Assembly (NCBI GenBank): GCA_013265495.1
Contig: MU058423.1
Location: forward strand, 2,681,061-2,745,060
Length of the DNA stretch: 64,000 bases
DNA from: Vicugna vicugna
Taxonomy: Eukaryota
Direction: 5' to 3'
Shown here: one piece after another, positions 61,145 through 64,000 of the stretch
Numbering within the stretch: the first letter of the stretch is position 1
Layout of the letters: each line of letters opens with the position of its first letter
The notes under the pieces: generated by a model
The model's database searches: none
The model's input: the letters and a program-made list of their open reading frames with translations, nothing else
What the model was told of the DNA's origin: nothing
Made by a program: the position numbers and the translations under genes

Positions 61145-61640
61145 GAATACAATCTTGATGCCAATCCCCTGGAGTTAGTGTAAGACTCCAGAGGTTTAAG
61201 GACACAGTCCTCAGTTAAGACTGCCCTTACTGCAGATGCTAGACACTCTTTGAGGGTCCCTAGGCCACCCACATGTCTGACTAACTGGCAAAAATTCAGG
61301 GGTTCCCATGATCCCCTCAGGTTCAATCATCCACAAGGATGACTCACAGAACTGAATGACTCAGGAAAGCACTACAGTTAGAATTACAGTTTCATTTAAA
61401 GGATACAAATCAGGGCCAGCCAAAAGAAGAGACACACAGAGTGATGTCTGGGAGACTCTTGAACACGGAGATTCCATGCCTTCTGCCTGTGGAGTCAGGA
61501 TGTGTCACCTTCTTAGCACACTTGTGTTCACCAACCAGGAACTCCTCCAAGTCTCAGTGTCCAGAAATTTTCTTGGGATTTCATTATATAGGCATGATTG
61601 ATTGGCCATGTGAATGAACTCAATCTGCAGCTATGTTATA
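61145..61640. mobile_element. MER21-like LTR element
   Basis: CTGGAGTTAGTGTAAGACTCCAGAGGTTTAAGGGACACAGTCC...CTCAGGTTCAAT...ACTCACAGAACT resembles MER21. Confidence 0.55.
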
Positions 61641-61999
61641 GATGTCGCTTCAAGCTCTCCCTCCTTTTTGTCTCCTTTGCATCTACATTAGTTCAATCCC
61701 TCACCACCTCTCACATGAACTCTTAGCATAGCTTCTTAGTTCCCACTCATTCCATGCCAGTATCCCACAGGTCTGGCCTCCCTCGGGCAGCTTCTCTGCC
61801 TTGATTAAGCCCCAGGGGACTGATCTGTCTCGAAGAGCAGAGGTGGGATTTCTTTGAGCCTATTTAACCTGGAAAATCTGAAGACATTCTTGAAGATCCT
61901 CATTATCTGAAACAGAGAATATAGTTAAGGGGAAATTTAGGTTGTGTCTCTTCATTACTTCCTCTCCTTCTTGTAAAATTTGTCTTTTTGAGGTTCACA

Positions 62000-64000
62000 T
62001 CCTCTACCTCCACATCTTTTCTCCCTTCTGAATGTAGTGATCTTCCAAACTCTTGACCATTTTCCTCATTCTCTGAAGATCTGCAAGCACCTGGCTCACA
62101 GCCTTCCTGTCTCCTCAACTTCTGTTACTCTCCTGGGCAATTATAAAATCCATATGGCCTCTCAGTTTTCTGTTCTCATTATCTCCAATTCAACGAAATT
62201 CTTCTCAACTCCACGTCATCCATAATCCTCTTCTCTTTTCATGCTGCGACCTCTCCCTAGGCTGTCTTATCAGCTCTTATGATTTATACAGTCTGTGTGC
62301 CCATGATTCCCAGTTATTATTCTAGCTCAGACCTCTCTTCTGAAATTCATACCTCCATATTCAACTGCCTTTTTGGCATATCCCTTTACTATGTCACATA
62401 TTGAGGCATCTCAAACTTAACTTCTTAAAACCTAGCTATTGCTCCTTTGACTCTCATCTGGCAAATCATCTGCATTTCAGCAAATGATATCACTGCATTC
62501 AGTTGTGCAATCTACCTTCCTCGCCCCCTCATTTATTCTATCACAAAGTCCTATCCATTTTACCTCCAAGATATAGCTTGAATCTATTTACTTCTCACCA
62601 TCCCCACTGCTGCCAACCCAGGCCAAGCCATCATCCCTTTTGCCCGGATAATTGCAATAGTGTCCCTCAGGTCTCTCTCTATTCATTCTTGTATTCTTTC
62701 AATCCATTCTTTACATAGCAAGCATCGCTGAGTTTTTTTTTTTTTAATGAAAATTTTATCTTGTCATTTTCCTCCTTAAAACCTTTTAGAGGCTTCTGAT
62801 TTCTCATAGGATGATGTTCAAGATCTTTTGCATGTTTGACAAGGACCTTGCATGATCTGTTCCCAGTCTTTCTAGCTTGCCTCTTGCCACCCTCCCTTTT
62901 ATTCACTGGGCCAGTCACACAGGCCAGAGCTTCTTTTTCCTGAAGATGACCCTTATGCCTCAGAGTGTTTATACACACAGTCCCTCCTACTTTGAATACT
63001 CTCCATGCCCTACTCCCATTTCCAACTACCACTTACTGTGTGACAGAGCTGTGGCCTGAATCAGACACAACTCTTTTTCCTTAAGAGCTCACAGTTTAAT
63101 AAGGGGCCAATATGTAAGCTAAAAAAAAAAAATCCACCACAGTATAATAAATGCAATAGAAGTATGGCCAAAGGAAGAAATATTTATCTATCATCTCTGA
63201 GAGTCAGGAAAGGGCATTTAAGTAGAAGACACAGTGTATTTCAAGTTTAGAGGCAAGGACATGTAAGCAGTTTGGTGCTGCTGGAGAGTAAAAGCAAGGA
63301 GGTGGCAGATGTCTTGGATGCTGTGTTAAGGGGCTTGAATCTATCCAATATGCAAAGAGGGTGTTCCCTACAAAGGGTTTTATGTAGGAGAGACATGAAT
63401 ACATATTAACAATAATGCTATCAAATTGGTAGTGATGGAGAGAAAGGCCCCGACAGAAGGTGTGGGCAGAAAGTCAAGTGGGAGAATACTGTAATATTCC
63501 CAGTAAGTGATGATGGCAGCTCAATTAAGGCAAAGGTAGTGATAATGGGGAGAAGATGGACTGAAGATTTTTTAAGAGGTAGAATTGACAGGATTTGGTG
63601 ACTGAACAAAACAGATTAATTCCTTGCCCTCATGAAGCTTGCATTCTAATGTGGAAGGCAGATAATACATCCCATAAACAAATGCATACATGATATAATC
63701 CCTGTAATGCTACGAAATCCCTGTAAAGCTATGAAAGAAAACAGAGCAAATGAAGGAGAGAGTTATTTTAGGTGAAGTGGTTCCTGGGAGGGGGTGACAT
63801 TTGAATAGAGAGGAAATAAGCCGTGAATATCAGAGAAAGATTATTTCAGGCAGAGTGAACAGCAAGTGCAAATGTCCAAAGATGGCAACATGCTTGTCAT
63901 ATATTTGAGGAATAACAATGAGACTAGTATGACTGAAGCACGAAAAAAGGAAGGGGAGAATGGAAAAGGATAAGGTCAGAATATAGCAAGAGGCTGGATC
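62000..64000. mobile_element. L2 LINE relics in both orientations
   Basis: CAGACCTCTCTTCTGAA...CATATTCAACTGCCT...GGCATCTCAAACTTAAC and CCTTGCCCTCATGAAGCTTGCATTCTAATG...GGTGACATTTGAATAGAG are typical L2 segments. Confidence 0.65.

Overview
Mammalian genomic DNA, probably camelid (inferred from five copies of a Vic-1-like tRNA-derived SINE). It carries the conserved gene cluster AMIGO1 (+), CYB561D1 (-), ATXN7L2 (-) and SYPL2 (-). All four genes have complete, frame-consistent GT-AG exon structures read directly from the sequence (493, 228, 754 and 264 aa), and each has a CpG-island promoter. The flanks (1-9 kb and 51-64 kb) are mostly old interspersed repeats (L1, L2, MIR, MER3/5/53/58, MLT1, MER21-like, a probable solo ERV LTR); repeat family names come from pattern recognition, not a database search. 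I found no convincing new gene or new multi-component system. The most interesting signals are small: three RBFOX motifs (TGCATG) exactly 16 nt apart in the AMIGO1 3' UTR, an AMIGO1 leader ATG that becomes either a uORF or an N-terminal extension depending on splice acceptor, a SINE whose B-box loop is inverted inside a perfected hairpin, an in-frame alternative acceptor in ATXN7L2, and several promoter motifs (ZNF143, NRF1, CTCF, CLEAR/USF, X-box).
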